From Verrucomicrobiota bacterium (GTDB taxonomy: Bacteria > Verrucomicrobiota > Verrucomicrobiia > Limisphaerales > AAA164-E04), in NCBI GenBank assembly GCA_047947115.1, contig CP170459.1, positions 2,112,001 through 2,176,000 of the forward strand: DNA of 64,000 nucleotides, read 5' to 3'. The notes below the pieces were generated by a model. It had not been told where the DNA came from, did no database searches, and saw nothing but the letters and a program-made list of their open reading frames with translations. The position numbers and the translations under genes are program-made. How positions within the stretch are numbered: position 1 is the stretch's first letter; each line of letters opens with the position of its first letter. Of the stretch, positions 16,963-27,582 are shown piece by piece.

Positions 16963-19593
16963 ATGACCGCGAAATACAAAGCCCCGGCCATCGTGCGGAT
17001 TCTGTGTGGCCTCCTGGTTAATTTGTGGGGATCGCTCTGCATCGCTGATACTCAGCAGGTGGATTACGTCAGCGATATTCAACCGTTGCTGGAGAAACGT
17101 TGTTATCGTTGTCATGGACCTGAAAAGCGCAAGGGTGGATTGCGTTTGGATATGAAAACCACCGTTTTGCAAGGTGGAGATTCAGGTGATGCTGCAATCG
17201 TCCCCGGGGAAGCAGATCAGAGCCCGCTTGTTCGTCTGGTTTCATCGAAAGATGACAAGGAACGCATGCCGCCTGCCAACGCAGAGGAGGCGCCATTGAC
17301 CGACGATGAATTGGAGAAGTTGCGGCGGTGGATCAATGCGGGAGCCGACTGGCCTGAGACGGGGGCATCAGTGATTCTTCCCGAGCCGGGGGAACTGAAA
17401 GTAACAGAGGAAGATCGACAGCACTGGGCTTTTCGGCCCCTGGCGGACCCCTTGCCACCCACTTCACAAGATCCGCACTGGCAGCAGACTCCTGTCGACG
17501 CTTTCATTCTGCACGCACAGGAGGCGCAGCAACTCACACCTTCCGCCCCAGCCGATGCACGTACTCTCATTCGGCGCTTGTATCTGGATTTGATCGGGCT
17601 ACCTCCTTCTCCGGAAGAAATGTCCGATTGGACGCGGCGAATCGATCAATCGCCTAACGAGGTGGAGTTGCTGGTGGAATCCCTGTTGCACAGTCCGCAC
17701 TATGGTGAGCGATGGGGACGGCATTGGTTGGATGTGGCCCGTTATGCCGACAGCAATGGAATGGAACTCGATGCGGATCGTCCCAATGCCTATCGCTACC
17801 GTGATTTCGTGATTCGTGCCATGAACGATGATTTACCGTTTGATGAATTTGTTCGCTGGCAATTGGCGGGTGATGAGATTGCTCCGGACCATCCGGACGC
17901 GATTGCCGCCACCGGATTCCTTGCGGCCGGGGTCAATACGATCCTGCCGGACAAGCAAATGGTGGAGGAAAAACTCCGTAACCGAGCCAACGAACTTGAT
18001 GACATCGTATCGACCACCGGTCAGGCCATGCTGGGGCTGACCCTCGCCTGTTGTCGCTGTCACGATCATAAGTATGATCCGGTTTCTTCCCGTGATTACT
18101 ATCGGTTGACACGCGTATTCACCAGCGGTGATCGAGCCGAGGTGCCATTGGTTTCGCCCGAAGAAGCAAAGCGACATCAACAAAAGGTGGCTGATTGGCG
18201 AAGATCGTATGATGAAGCGGTCAAGGAGCGTGACCAATGGCTCAAGGAAGCGCGCAAACCGGTGGAAGAGCGATTGTGTCGGGAACGGATCGCCAGCCTT
18301 GAAATCAGCGACACAGATAAACAAATGCTGCTCGAATCCTCCCAAGAACCATCCGCGAAGAAATTGGCCGAGCGGTTCAAAAAGCAGCTGGTCCTTTCTG
18401 ATTCAGATTATGTCGCCGCCCTGCCTGAGCAAAGCCGGCAGCGATGGAAGGCATTCAATCAACACATTTCGGAAATCAAAAAGCGTGAGCCAAATCCTCT
18501 GCCACTGGCTTATGCTTTTTCTGATTTTGGTCCCGAGCCGGAAGAAACCTGGTTTTTCGAACGCGGCAATTTCCTGGCTCGTAATGAACGGATGGATCTT
18601 GGTTTTTTGACCGTACTCACCTCCGGGAAAACAGCCGAAGCATACTGGAACGAAGCGAAAGCCCATCCGTTGCGTGATGATTCGACTTATCAACGCCGGG
18701 CATTGGCGGAATGGATGACAGATCTGGATCATGGCGCCGGAGCTTTGTTGGCGCGTGTCATGGTGAATCGTGTCTGGCAACGTCATTTCGGCGAGGGATT
18801 GGTGCGTACGCCAAGCGATTTCGGCACGCGAGGTGAGCGTCCCACACATCCCGAACTGCTGGAATGGCTCGCCACGGAATTTGTTCGGAGTGGCTGGAGC
18901 GTCAAACACCTGCACCGTTTGATATTGAACAGCGCCACGTATCAACAGGCGTCCGAGTATCGTCCCGCGATGGCCTCGATCGATTTGGAGAATCGATTAT
19001 GGTGGCGTCAACTCCCGGCTCGTTTGGAAGCCGAAGCCTTGCGCGATGCCATGTTGTCCGTTGCAGGGCAACTCAATTTCGAAGCTTTCGGGCCCAGCTT
19101 CAAACCTCCCATTCAGCAGGAAGCCATGCAGGCACGCAATGTGAGAAATCCCTATCCGAAGGACGCCAAGGACTCTGCCCCGACTCGAAGGCGCAGCGTT
19201 TATATGTTCCATAAACGTGTCGTGCAATACCCGCTCATGCAGGCTTTCGATGCACCCGATGCACAGCAAAGTTGTGGCCGCCGAATGAATACTACCGTTG
19301 CGCCTCAAGCATTGGCATTGTTGAATGATCCGTTCGTGCGATTGAGAGCCAGTGATCTGGCGGGGCGCATTCTGAAAGAAGCAGGGGATGACAGGGAAGC
19401 CCAAGTCAGGCGCGCATTCGAACTTGCATTGAATCGAGCGCCCGAAGCCGCCGAACGAACCGATGCAACCGGTTTCCTGGCGCAACAAACAGATGAACGT
19501 ACCCGCCGTGGTGAATCCAGCGCTTCACTGGCGGCGCTGACCGATTTTTGTCAGGCCCTGTTTGGGTTGAATGAATTTATTTATGTCGATTGA
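16963..19593 (+). CDS. PSD1/planctomycete cytochrome c domain protein (PSCyt1 + DUF1549 + DUF1553)
   Basis: CYRCHG heme motif; HWAFRP, YGERWGRHWLDVARYADS, CCRCHDHKYDP, PTHPELLEWLA, RRRSVY, TTVAPQALALLN. Likely ATG at 16963. Confidence 0.92.
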   Translation: MTAKYKAPAIVRILCGLLVNLWGSLCIADTQQVDYVSDIQPLLEKRCYRCHGPEKRKGGLRLDMKTTVLQGGDSGDAAIVPGEADQSPLVRLVSSKDDKERMPPANAEEAPLTDDELEKLRRWINAGADWPETGASVILPEPGELKVTEEDRQHWAFRPLADPLPPTSQDPHWQQTPVDAFILHAQEAQQLTPSAPADARTLIRRLYLDLIGLPPSPEEMSDWTRRIDQSPNEVELLVESLLHSPHYGERWGRHWLDVARYADSNGMELDADRPNAYRYRDFVIRAMNDDLPFDEFVRWQLAGDEIAPDHPDAIAATGFLAAGVNTILPDKQMVEEKLRNRANELDDIVSTTGQAMLGLTLACCRCHDHKYDPVSSRDYYRLTRVFTSGDRAEVPLVSPEEAKRHQQKVADWRRSYDEAVKERDQWLKEARKPVEERLCRERIASLEISDTDKQMLLESSQEPSAKKLAERFKKQLVLSDSDYVAALPEQSRQRWKAFNQHISEIKKREPNPLPLAYAFSDFGPEPEETWFFERGNFLARNERMDLGFLTVLTSGKTAEAYWNEAKAHPLRDDSTYQRRALAEWMTDLDHGAGALLARVMVNRVWQRHFGEGLVRTPSDFGTRGERPTHPELLEWLATEFVRSGWSVKHLHRLILNSATYQQASEYRPAMASIDLENRLWWRQLPARLEAEALRDAMLSVAGQLNFEAFGPSFKPPIQQEAMQARNVRNPYPKDAKDSAPTRRRSVYMFHKRVVQYPLMQAFDAPDAQQSCGRRMNTTVAPQALALLNDPFVRLRASDLAGRILKEAGDDREAQVRRAFELALNRAPEAAERTDATGFLAQQTDERTRRGESSASLAALTDFCQALFGLNEFIYVD

Positions 19594-19632
19594 TTGGGTG
19601 AACTGTATCGAACTTGAAAAGAATTATTGGTC

Positions 19633-21057
19633 ATGAAAAGCATGCATCAACATTGTGGTCGCTTCGAAGCGGTTCATACACGCAGGGATTTCCTCAAGAA
19701 GGCTGGGGGAGGTTTTGGTATGTACGCCTTGGCGGATTTGATGTCGAAAAACGGATTGCTCGCTGACGAGACGCTTCCGGATCCCTTGCACCCCATGGCT
19801 CCGCGCGCAGGGCATTATCCCGCCAAAGCCAAAGCGGTCATCTGGTTGTTCATGGAGGGCGCGCCCAGTGCCGTGGACATGTTCGATCCAAAACCCGAAT
19901 TGACAAAACGTGACGGTCAGCGGATGGAAATTGATGTGTTCAATGGCAACCCGGGCCCCCTGATGAAATCCCCCTTTGAGTTCAAACAATACGGACAAAG
20001 CGGAGCCTGGGTATGTGAACATTATCCGAACGTCGCCAAACATGTGGATGAATTCGCCTTCATCAATTCCTTTTACAGTGAATCAAACGATCATGTACCG
20101 GCACTCTATCAAATCAATACCGGCATCCCGCGCCCGGGGTGTCCGAGTGCGGGCGCCTGGATTACCTACGGGTTGGGTTCCGAGAACAGCGATCTACCCG
20201 GATATGTTGTGCTGGGCAATAATCGCGGTGTGAAAGGCGGTAATTTAAATTGGAGTTCCGCGTTTCTGCCGACGACTTACCAGGGAACACTGTTTCGCCC
20301 TGAAGGTGTTCCTGTGATCAATCTCACACGGCCGGGTGACGTCACCCAACAGGATCAACGGGCTCAACTGGACCTCATGTCCAAATTGAATCATCGTCAC
20401 CTGGCGGCTCGCCCTGGTGAAGAGGAATTGTTGGGGCGCATTCAGAGCTTCGAGCTGGCCTATCGCATGCAGATGGAGGCTTCTGATTTGGTCGATCTGG
20501 AAAGGGAATCAGCCGAGACCCGGGAAATGTACGGCGTGGATGAAAAGGAAACCCGTTCCTATGGACGAAAATGTCTCATGGCCCGACGTCTCATCGAACG
20601 TGGCGTTCGTTTCGTGCAGGTTTACAGCGACGGAGAATGGGATGCGCACAGCGATCTCAATGGGAACCACCGTGGACACTGCCGCGCTACCGACAAACCC
20701 ATTCACGCCCTGTTGACCGATCTTAAACGTACGGGATTAATTGATGACACTCTGGTTATCTGGGGTGGGGAGTTCGGACGCATGCCGGTATCCCAGGGCA
20801 ACGGTGGGCGTGATCATAATCCTCAAGGCTTCGGCATGTTCATGACTGGCGCCGGCATCAAGCCCGGTGTGCGTTACGGTGAGTTGGATGAAATCGGATA
20901 CAAAGCAGCTGTCGATCGCGTATCCGTGCACGACCTGCATGCCACCATGCTGCACCTGCTCGGGCTCGATCACGAGCGCCTGACCTTTTTCCACAACGGC
21001 CGCCGCTTCAGGCTGACCGACGTGGCGGGAGAGATCATTCGCCCGGTGTTGGCCTAG
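19633..21057 (+). CDS. DUF1501 domain protein (Tat signal)
   Basis: TRRDFLK Tat motif; KAKAVIWLFMEGAPS, ARRLIERGVRFVQV, WGGEFGRMP, GRDHNP, RLTDVAG; canonical partner of DUF1553 genes. Confidence 0.93.
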   Translation: MKSMHQHCGRFEAVHTRRDFLKKAGGGFGMYALADLMSKNGLLADETLPDPLHPMAPRAGHYPAKAKAVIWLFMEGAPSAVDMFDPKPELTKRDGQRMEIDVFNGNPGPLMKSPFEFKQYGQSGAWVCEHYPNVAKHVDEFAFINSFYSESNDHVPALYQINTGIPRPGCPSAGAWITYGLGSENSDLPGYVVLGNNRGVKGGNLNWSSAFLPTTYQGTLFRPEGVPVINLTRPGDVTQQDQRAQLDLMSKLNHRHLAARPGEEELLGRIQSFELAYRMQMEASDLVDLERESAETREMYGVDEKETRSYGRKCLMARRLIERGVRFVQVYSDGEWDAHSDLNGNHRGHCRATDKPIHALLTDLKRTGLIDDTLVIWGGEFGRMPVSQGNGGRDHNPQGFGMFMTGAGIKPGVRYGELDEIGYKAAVDRVSVHDLHATMLHLLGLDHERLTFFHNGRRFRLTDVAGEIIRPVLA

Positions 21058-21342
21058 GAAGTGGTCGAAACCCAATTTTAGATTAATGCGTGCGAAGTCA
21101 TGCTGGAGGTGGAATGACTTTTGTGATTCCGACCCCGTTGAGAGACTCGGTTGGCTGCTGTAAGAATCCGTTCGTGCTACTAGCTTTTTGTGGTTTGTCC
21201 TTTGGGGCCGGGCGTGATGGGGGGCTGGTATCCCTTGGGAAGGTGTTTGGGATTTGAATGGCATAAGGGTTACGCGCCGGGGCGCCACATTCTACCTTTT
21301 GGCCCGCTTGACGAACTTTGATGGTCAGCGTTGAATGGGGGT

Positions 21343-24300
21343 ATGTCAGCCATTGGTCGATTCCTTTTGTGGATGTTTTTTTTGGTGTGTACTGGTTTGG
21401 TCGCCCAATCTGCGGAGCCCGTTTTTCGAGCGGGAGCTGCTCGTGTGGATATTGGTCCCGAGGGATTTCCTGTAAGGGTGAACGCCATGTTCACAGAGCG
21501 TTCTGCTGATCGTGTTGAAGATCCACTTTTTGCCAAAGCCCTGGCGTTGGATGACGGACGTGAGCGGATTGTGGTGTGCGTGGTGGATACCTGCATGATC
21601 CCACGTAATTTGATCGATCAAGCCAAGCTGCTGACGCACAGAGCGACAGGATTGCCATTGGATCGCATGTTGGTTTCCGCAACGCATACGCATTCGGCTC
21701 CTTCGGCCATGGGATGTCTGGGGAGTCGGGTGGATCCGCGTTACGCCACCACCCTTCCACCCAAAATTGCTCGAGCCATGATCCATGCAATCGAGCGGCT
21801 TCAACCGGCTCGGGTTGGCTGGGGGCAGGTGGATGATTGGGAGCATACCTTCAACCGACGCTGGGTGCGACGGCCGGATCGCGTGTTTGCGGATCCGTTC
21901 GGAGTTCCCAATGTCAGGGCGCACATGCATCCAGGTCACGAAAGCCCGGATGCCGTGGGGCCAAGCGGGCCGGTGGATCCGGAGCTGTCCGTACTTGCCG
22001 TGCAGACAATCGATGGACGCCCGCTCGCGCTTCTGGCTAATTATTCCATGCACTATTATGGATCTCCTTTGTTATCTTCTGATTATTATGGACGATTTGC
22101 GGGTTACATGGGGGCCATGCTTGATGCGGATGATGAGTTTGTAGCGATCATGTCGCAGGGGACCAGCGGGGATTTGATGTGGATGGATTACGGCGCTCCT
22201 CGTAAGGATACTGGTTATGACACATATGCTAAAGAAATCGCCGAAAAAGTGACCACCCTTGTGAATAACCTTGAATGGCAGGATGCCGCGCCATTGGGGA
22301 TGGCGCAACGTATCCTGGCTTTATCCTATCGTGTGCCGAGTCCAGAACGACTGGCCTGGTCCAAAGAAAAAGTAGCTGAATTGGAAGGGCGCCTGCCTCA
22401 GTCGCAATCTGAGATTTATGCATTGGAATCAGTTTACCTCCACGAAAAACAACATACAGAACTTGTCCTTCAGGCGCTTCGTATTGGCGATCTGGGCATC
22501 ACGGCGCTTCCCAATGAAGTGTATGCCTTGACTGGTTTAAAGTTGAAGGAGCAAAGCCCGTTTGCATCGACCTTCAATATCGAACTTGCCAACGGAGCTG
22601 AGGGATACATTCCGCCTCCGGAACAGCATGCTCTCGGAGGTTATACCACTTGGGCGGCACGCACGGCCGGGTTGGAAGTGGAGGCTGAACCGAAGATCGT
22701 GGAGGCATTGCTTTCTTTACTGGAGGAAGTGTCGGGCAAAACCAGGCGAACTGTAGGTGCGGATGCCGGTCCTTATTCGGAAACGGTTCTCGAAAGTCAC
22801 CCGGAAGCCTACTGGCGATTGGAAGAAATGAACATGCCGGTTGCGCGCGATGTGACGGGGCAACATGACGGCGCGTTTGAAGACGGTGTGGCGTTGCATC
22901 TTCCCGGTGCCGATGAGCGCAGGGGATTTCAGCCACCTGAACCGCCCACCAAGAATGCTTTTTCCGGAAATGCGATCAATCGCGCAGTTCATTTTGCGGG
23001 AGGGCGAATGCGTTCTGATGTACTTCTGGACGATGCGTACAGTGTGGAGTTCTGGTTGTGGAATGGGTTGCCAGCCGATGCGCGTGCCGTGACGGGCTAT
23101 GCTTACTCACGTGGAGCGGATGGGGACGGCGTGGCGCGTGGTGAACATCTTGGCATCGGTGGAACTCATATGCCTCACTTGGCTGGACGGTTGTTTCTGT
23201 TCAATGGAAACGAACGGAATCAGATCCTGGGTGGGCAGACCACACTTGCGTTGCGGGCGTGGCATCATGTCGTGTTTGTGCGTGAAGGGGAACGGGTGCG
23301 GGTGCATCTGGACGGGAAACAGGAGCCTGAAATCGAAGGCATTTTTAAACATACGATCCCGCAAGGCGAGAATGCTTTGTTCATGGGAGGGCGCAACGAC
23401 GGATTGTTCAACTTTGAAGGCAAGCTGGATGAAATCTCTGTTTACACGCGAGCGCTAACCGCATTGGAAATTGAAACACATTACAAGTTTTCCGATTTGA
23501 CGCCTCCCGATAAGATAACCGCTACGGGGCCTTTGGAACCTGCTCTGTCGCCGGAGGAGGCTTTGAAGAAGATTCACGTGCGTGATGGTTACCAGGTGGA
23601 ATTGATTGTAAGCGAACCTTTGACCGTGGATCCGGTGGCGATCGATTGGGATGCCTCGGGGCGCTTATGGGTGGTGGAGATGTCGGATTATCCTTTGGGG
23701 ATGGACGGGCAGGGGAAACCTGGCGGTCGTGTTCGTGTGATTGAAGATAGTGATGGTGATGGAAGCTATGATCGACAAACCTTGTTTGCGGACGGGTTGA
23801 CGTATCCGACCGGATTATTGGTCTGGCGTGATGGGGTGATGGTGACGGCGGCACCCAATGTCTTGTTTCTGAGGGACACCGACAAGGATGGTCGTGCGGA
23901 TGATCAAGAAGTGTTGATCAGCGGATTAAGCACGGGGAATCAGCAACTACGAGCCAACGGACTGCGATGGGGGATCGATGGGTGGGTTTATTGTGCGGCG
24001 GGAGGACATCATGGCAATTTTGCCAACGGCACTCGTTTACGTACCCGTCTGGGAGAAGTTCAGGTCGGTTCGCGTGATTTTCGGTTTCGTCCTGACACGG
24101 GTGAATTGGAACCTTTGAGCGGACCTTCCCAAAACGGTCGCAATCGGGATGACTGGGGGCATTGGTTCGGGACGCAGAACATGAGGCCTCTGTGGCATTA
24201 CGTGCTGCCGGATCGATATCTCAGGAGGCAACCGCATGTTGCATCGCCGAGTCCCATTCAGTTGGTGGTGACACCGCTGGGACCGAAAGTGTATCCGGCA

Positions 24301-26385
24301 AGTTCTCCGGAAAAACGCTTTCACAGTTTTAATGAAGCCGGTCGTTTTACATCCGCATGCGGAGGGATGATCTATCGTGATTCCTTGTTGTTCCCGAAGA
24401 CAGGCAATCAAATGCATGCGTTTACTTGTGAGCCTTTTCATAATCTGGTTCAGCATAATATGGTAGTGGATCAGGGAGTGTCCTTTGCTGCACATCGTGA
24501 TGGGGGTGATGGTGTGCATGATTTCTTCGCCAGCGAAGATCGCTGGTGTCGTCCCGTGATGACACGGACCGGACCGGACGGTGCACTGTGGGTGGTGGAT
24601 ATGTATCGCTATATGATTGAGCATCCGGACTGGTTGCCGGCTGCCGGTCGTGACGAGTTACTGCCGAATTATCGGATCGGAGACGATCTCGGGCGTATCT
24701 ATAGGGTGGTTCGAAAGGATTCTGGCATAGAGCCCCAAACAAAGCTCGATCAACTGTCGATTGCCGAACTGGTCGAAGAACTCAAGTCCGGCAATGGCTG
24801 GCGACGTGATCGCGCCCATATGATGCTCAGTTGGCAAAAGGATCAGGCGGTTGTGGGGCATGTGAGAAAGCTTGCCGAGGCGACTGCAAATCCGGTTGCA
24901 AAGGTGCATGCATTATGGCTTTTAAATGATTCAGGTGGATTGACCCCTGATCATATTCGAACCGCCTTGAAACATTCGCATCCTCGAGTGCGGGAGAATG
25001 CGCTTCGACTTGCCGAATCAAGCAAAGAAACCTCGGTGGTGCGAGTTGCCGCGGAGTTGGTGAATGATCCGGATGACAAAGTCCGTTTGCAGTTGGCTTT
25101 TTCGCTGGGTGAATGGGATCAACCGATGGCAGGTGACGCACTGGGAAAATTGGCGGTGGCATCGGCTGATGACGCGTTTATGAAGGCGGCTGTGTTGAGT
25201 TCAGCTACACCCCACTTGAGAGCATTGGCCGGTGCGGTGATTCAATCGGATTCAACAGTTCAAGGTGCGTTGATGGAATCCTTGATCGAACTTGCGTTCG
25301 CATTGAATGAACGGGATGTGTTGGCTGAATTGTTGGAACCCATGATGGGTAAATCCGATGAATCCTTCACCTTGGAAACTTATGAATCCGCGACGGCATT
25401 CTTTCAATTGGTCAAAAGACGTGGTTCGAAATGGGGGGATTTGGCCAACCTGGACGATGCCCTGGGCAAGTTGTTGACCCATGTGTTTTCGAACAATGCG
25501 GATTCAATTGTTAACTCCGCGCTCAAAACGGTCAAACAAGATTCGGCAAGCGTGGGATTACGTGCCGCTGCTATTCGATGCGTCGGGGAAATGGCAGAGG
25601 GTCGTTCCGAGGTGGTGGACGTGTTGGTCGATTTGTTGACACCGCAACAGCCGATTTCGATTCAGGAAGCTTCGCTGGAAGGGTTGACTTCTGTGGACGA
25701 GTCTTTTGTGGCAGCAAAGGTTTTGGATCGTTGGGCGAGTTTCTCGCCATCAACCCGTGCTAAAGCGATGCAACTTCTCTTATCCCGCGAGTCATGGACC
25801 ATTGTTTTACTCGAGCGGTTAGTCAAAGGTCAGGACATTCCTCTGGATGCCTTGCAACGTGAACGTTTGATGAGGCATGGATCAATACGCGTACGTGAAT
25901 TGGCGTCTCAAATGCTCGCTACTCCTTCAGATCGGGCTCAAGTGATCGAGCAATTTCGACCGGCTCTGCGTTTGGGTGGAGATGCCGACCGTGGGCGGTC
26001 GGTTTACGAACGGGCCTGTGCCCTTTGTCATCGAAAGGGTAATCAGGGTAAAGAAGTCGGACCGGATTTGAATTCCGTGGTTCGGCATTCACCTGAAAAA
26101 CTGCTGGCCAACATACTGGATCCGAGCGCGGACATTCAACCCGGTTACCACGCATACCAATGTGAGTTGACGAATCATGCTGAAATGTATGGAGTGATCA
26201 CTTCGGAAACCGGGAACAGTCTCACGATGAAACTTGCGGACGGAACGGAACACGTCATTTTGCGTCGTGATATTCGGGAACTGCGCGGAGGGAATCTATC
26301 CTTGATGCCTGAAGGCTTGGAACGGGGTTTGACGCAACAAGACATGGCGGATTTGATCCAATGGTTGAGGACAGAGGTGGATTGA
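21343..26385 (+). CDS. PVC-type heme-binding CxxCH protein with N-terminal neutral/alkaline ceramidase-like and LamG domains, membrane-bound dehydrogenase-like propeller, HEAT repeats and cytochrome c
   Basis: SATHTHSAP and NYSMHY ceramidase-like motifs; LamG (WHHVVFVR, GKLDEISVYTRAL); DPVAIDWD...LWVVEMSDYP; GPDGALWVVDMYR; CALCH...VGPDL...SLMPEGLE. Confidence 0.88.
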   Translation: MSAIGRFLLWMFFLVCTGLVAQSAEPVFRAGAARVDIGPEGFPVRVNAMFTERSADRVEDPLFAKALALDDGRERIVVCVVDTCMIPRNLIDQAKLLTHRATGLPLDRMLVSATHTHSAPSAMGCLGSRVDPRYATTLPPKIARAMIHAIERLQPARVGWGQVDDWEHTFNRRWVRRPDRVFADPFGVPNVRAHMHPGHESPDAVGPSGPVDPELSVLAVQTIDGRPLALLANYSMHYYGSPLLSSDYYGRFAGYMGAMLDADDEFVAIMSQGTSGDLMWMDYGAPRKDTGYDTYAKEIAEKVTTLVNNLEWQDAAPLGMAQRILALSYRVPSPERLAWSKEKVAELEGRLPQSQSEIYALESVYLHEKQHTELVLQALRIGDLGITALPNEVYALTGLKLKEQSPFASTFNIELANGAEGYIPPPEQHALGGYTTWAARTAGLEVEAEPKIVEALLSLLEEVSGKTRRTVGADAGPYSETVLESHPEAYWRLEEMNMPVARDVTGQHDGAFEDGVALHLPGADERRGFQPPEPPTKNAFSGNAINRAVHFAGGRMRSDVLLDDAYSVEFWLWNGLPADARAVTGYAYSRGADGDGVARGEHLGIGGTHMPHLAGRLFLFNGNERNQILGGQTTLALRAWHHVVFVREGERVRVHLDGKQEPEIEGIFKHTIPQGENALFMGGRNDGLFNFEGKLDEISVYTRALTALEIETHYKFSDLTPPDKITATGPLEPALSPEEALKKIHVRDGYQVELIVSEPLTVDPVAIDWDASGRLWVVEMSDYPLGMDGQGKPGGRVRVIEDSDGDGSYDRQTLFADGLTYPTGLLVWRDGVMVTAAPNVLFLRDTDKDGRADDQEVLISGLSTGNQQLRANGLRWGIDGWVYCAAGGHHGNFANGTRLRTRLGEVQVGSRDFRFRPDTGELEPLSGPSQNGRNRDDWGHWFGTQNMRPLWHYVLPDRYLRRQPHVASPSPIQLVVTPLGPKVYPASSPEKRFHSFNEAGRFTSACGGMIYRDSLLFPKTGNQMHAFTCEPFHNLVQHNMVVDQGVSFAAHRDGGDGVHDFFASEDRWCRPVMTRTGPDGALWVVDMYRYMIEHPDWLPAAGRDELLPNYRIGDDLGRIYRVVRKDSGIEPQTKLDQLSIAELVEELKSGNGWRRDRAHMMLSWQKDQAVVGHVRKLAEATANPVAKVHALWLLNDSGGLTPDHIRTALKHSHPRVRENALRLAESSKETSVVRVAAELVNDPDDKVRLQLAFSLGEWDQPMAGDALGKLAVASADDAFMKAAVLSSATPHLRALAGAVIQSDSTVQGALMESLIELAFALNERDVLAELLEPMMGKSDESFTLETYESATAFFQLVKRRGSKWGDLANLDDALGKLLTHVFSNNADSIVNSALKTVKQDSASVGLRAAAIRCVGEMAEGRSEVVDVLVDLLTPQQPISIQEASLEGLTSVDESFVAAKVLDRWASFSPSTRAKAMQLLLSRESWTIVLLERLVKGQDIPLDALQRERLMRHGSIRVRELASQMLATPSDRAQVIEQFRPALRLGGDADRGRSVYERACALCHRKGNQGKEVGPDLNSVVRHSPEKLLANILDPSADIQPGYHAYQCELTNHAEMYGVITSETGNSLTMKLADGTEHVILRRDIRELRGGNLSLMPEGLERGLTQQDMADLIQWLRTEVD

Positions 26386-26612
26386 GATTTGTTGAATCCG
26401 TCCTCCCTTGCTGGGGGCTCTGATGCGGTGGATGAGGGACCATTGAACACTGCGCAGTCAATGGTGAAATTGATCGCTGTCTTCGGCGAAATCAATCCGG
26501 AGTGTCGGTTGGAATGAGTCAGTTTGATCAGCCGATGCAGTCGCCCTTTCCCAGCCTGGAGGCAGATCTTTTGTCATGTTCCGGCTGCAGCACGGCTGCC
26601 ACATATAAGAAG

Positions 26613-26640
26613 GCCGCGAAGAGTCAGGACCCTTCGCGGC
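26613..26640 (-). terminator. Probable terminator hairpin downstream of the cyclophilin gene
   Basis: GCCGCGAAG/CTTCGCGGC stem just past the stop of the minus-strand gene. Confidence 0.55.
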
Positions 26641-26663
26641 TTATTCATGATTACAGTCTGAAA

Positions 26664-27551
26664 TTACTTTTTTTCGACCCGGATGGATTCGATGGTGACC
26701 GGGGTGCTGGGTTTGCCGGCGGGGTCGGTTTCGAGGTTGCTGATCTTGTCGGCGATGTCCATGCCTTCAATGACTTTCCCGAACACGGTGTGCTTTCCGG
26801 TCAGGTGAGGGGTATCGACGACATTGATGAAGAACTGTGAACCGTTGGTGTTGGGACCGGAATTGGCCATGGCAATGACGCCGCGATCTGGTTTTTTGGC
26901 CGGAAGTTTTTCGTCGAATACGTAGCCAAGGTTGGCATACACATCGAGCACTGACAATGCGTTAACGGTGTTTTGAATCTCTTCGAGTTTCTCCTGGAAC
27001 TGTTCCTGGCTGCTGATGCCTAATGTTTGAAGGACGGGTCCCAGAACGGTTCGCTGAAAGCTTGCCTGATCGCGGATCAACAGCCAGGGGTGGGGCGCTC
27101 CGCCTTCTCCCATGGCTTTCAGATCAGCCAGTCCGAGTCCTTTTGCATTGATTTCGTCCTTGAATTTGTAGCCTGGATCTCCTGTGCCGGTGCCGAGGGG
27201 GCAACCTCCCTGGATCATGAAATCCTTGATCACTCGATGAAAAGTCAATCCGTCGTAAAAGGGTTTTTTGACATCTTCTCCCGTTTTGGCATCCTTGAAG
27301 GTTTTGTTTCCTTCGGCCAGATCGATGAAATTTTTGACGGTGTCAGGCGCGGCATCGGGCCAGAGTTCGATGCGTATGTTGCCTTGAGACGTTTTCATCA
27401 AGACCACCGGGTTGGGGCTGGTTTCGGTAGCTGCCGTCCCGGCAGGTGCTTCTTCTTCAGCTGCTTGAAGCGATTCTGTGCCGGTTAGGGCGATGGTTGC
27501 AACCGCTGCCACCGCAACGATTCCTTTCCGTAAATTAGGTATCATATTCAT
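26664..27551 (-). CDS. Secreted cyclophilin-type peptidyl-prolyl cis-trans isomerase with a ~75-aa insertion
   Basis: FYDGLTFHRVIKDFMIQGG, AMANSGPNTNGSQFFI, HLTGKHTVFGKV; signal peptide. Confidence 0.93.
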   Translation of the reverse strand: MNMIPNLRKGIVAVAAVATIALTGTESLQAAEEEAPAGTAATETSPNPVVLMKTSQGNIRIELWPDAAPDTVKNFIDLAEGNKTFKDAKTGEDVKKPFYDGLTFHRVIKDFMIQGGCPLGTGTGDPGYKFKDEINAKGLGLADLKAMGEGGAPHPWLLIRDQASFQRTVLGPVLQTLGISSQEQFQEKLEEIQNTVNALSVLDVYANLGYVFDEKLPAKKPDRGVIAMANSGPNTNGSQFFINVVDTPHLTGKHTVFGKVIEGMDIADKISNLETDPAGKPSTPVTIESIRVEKK

Positions 27552-27582
27552 GTCAAATTCGACGACCTTACGCGATTCCTAT

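Noticed and set aside
21128..21208. Possible fourth copy of the 81-nt repeat (TGTCCTTTGGGGC end)
   Set aside because: Only hairpin C resembles the unit; hairpins A and B are absent at the expected spacing.
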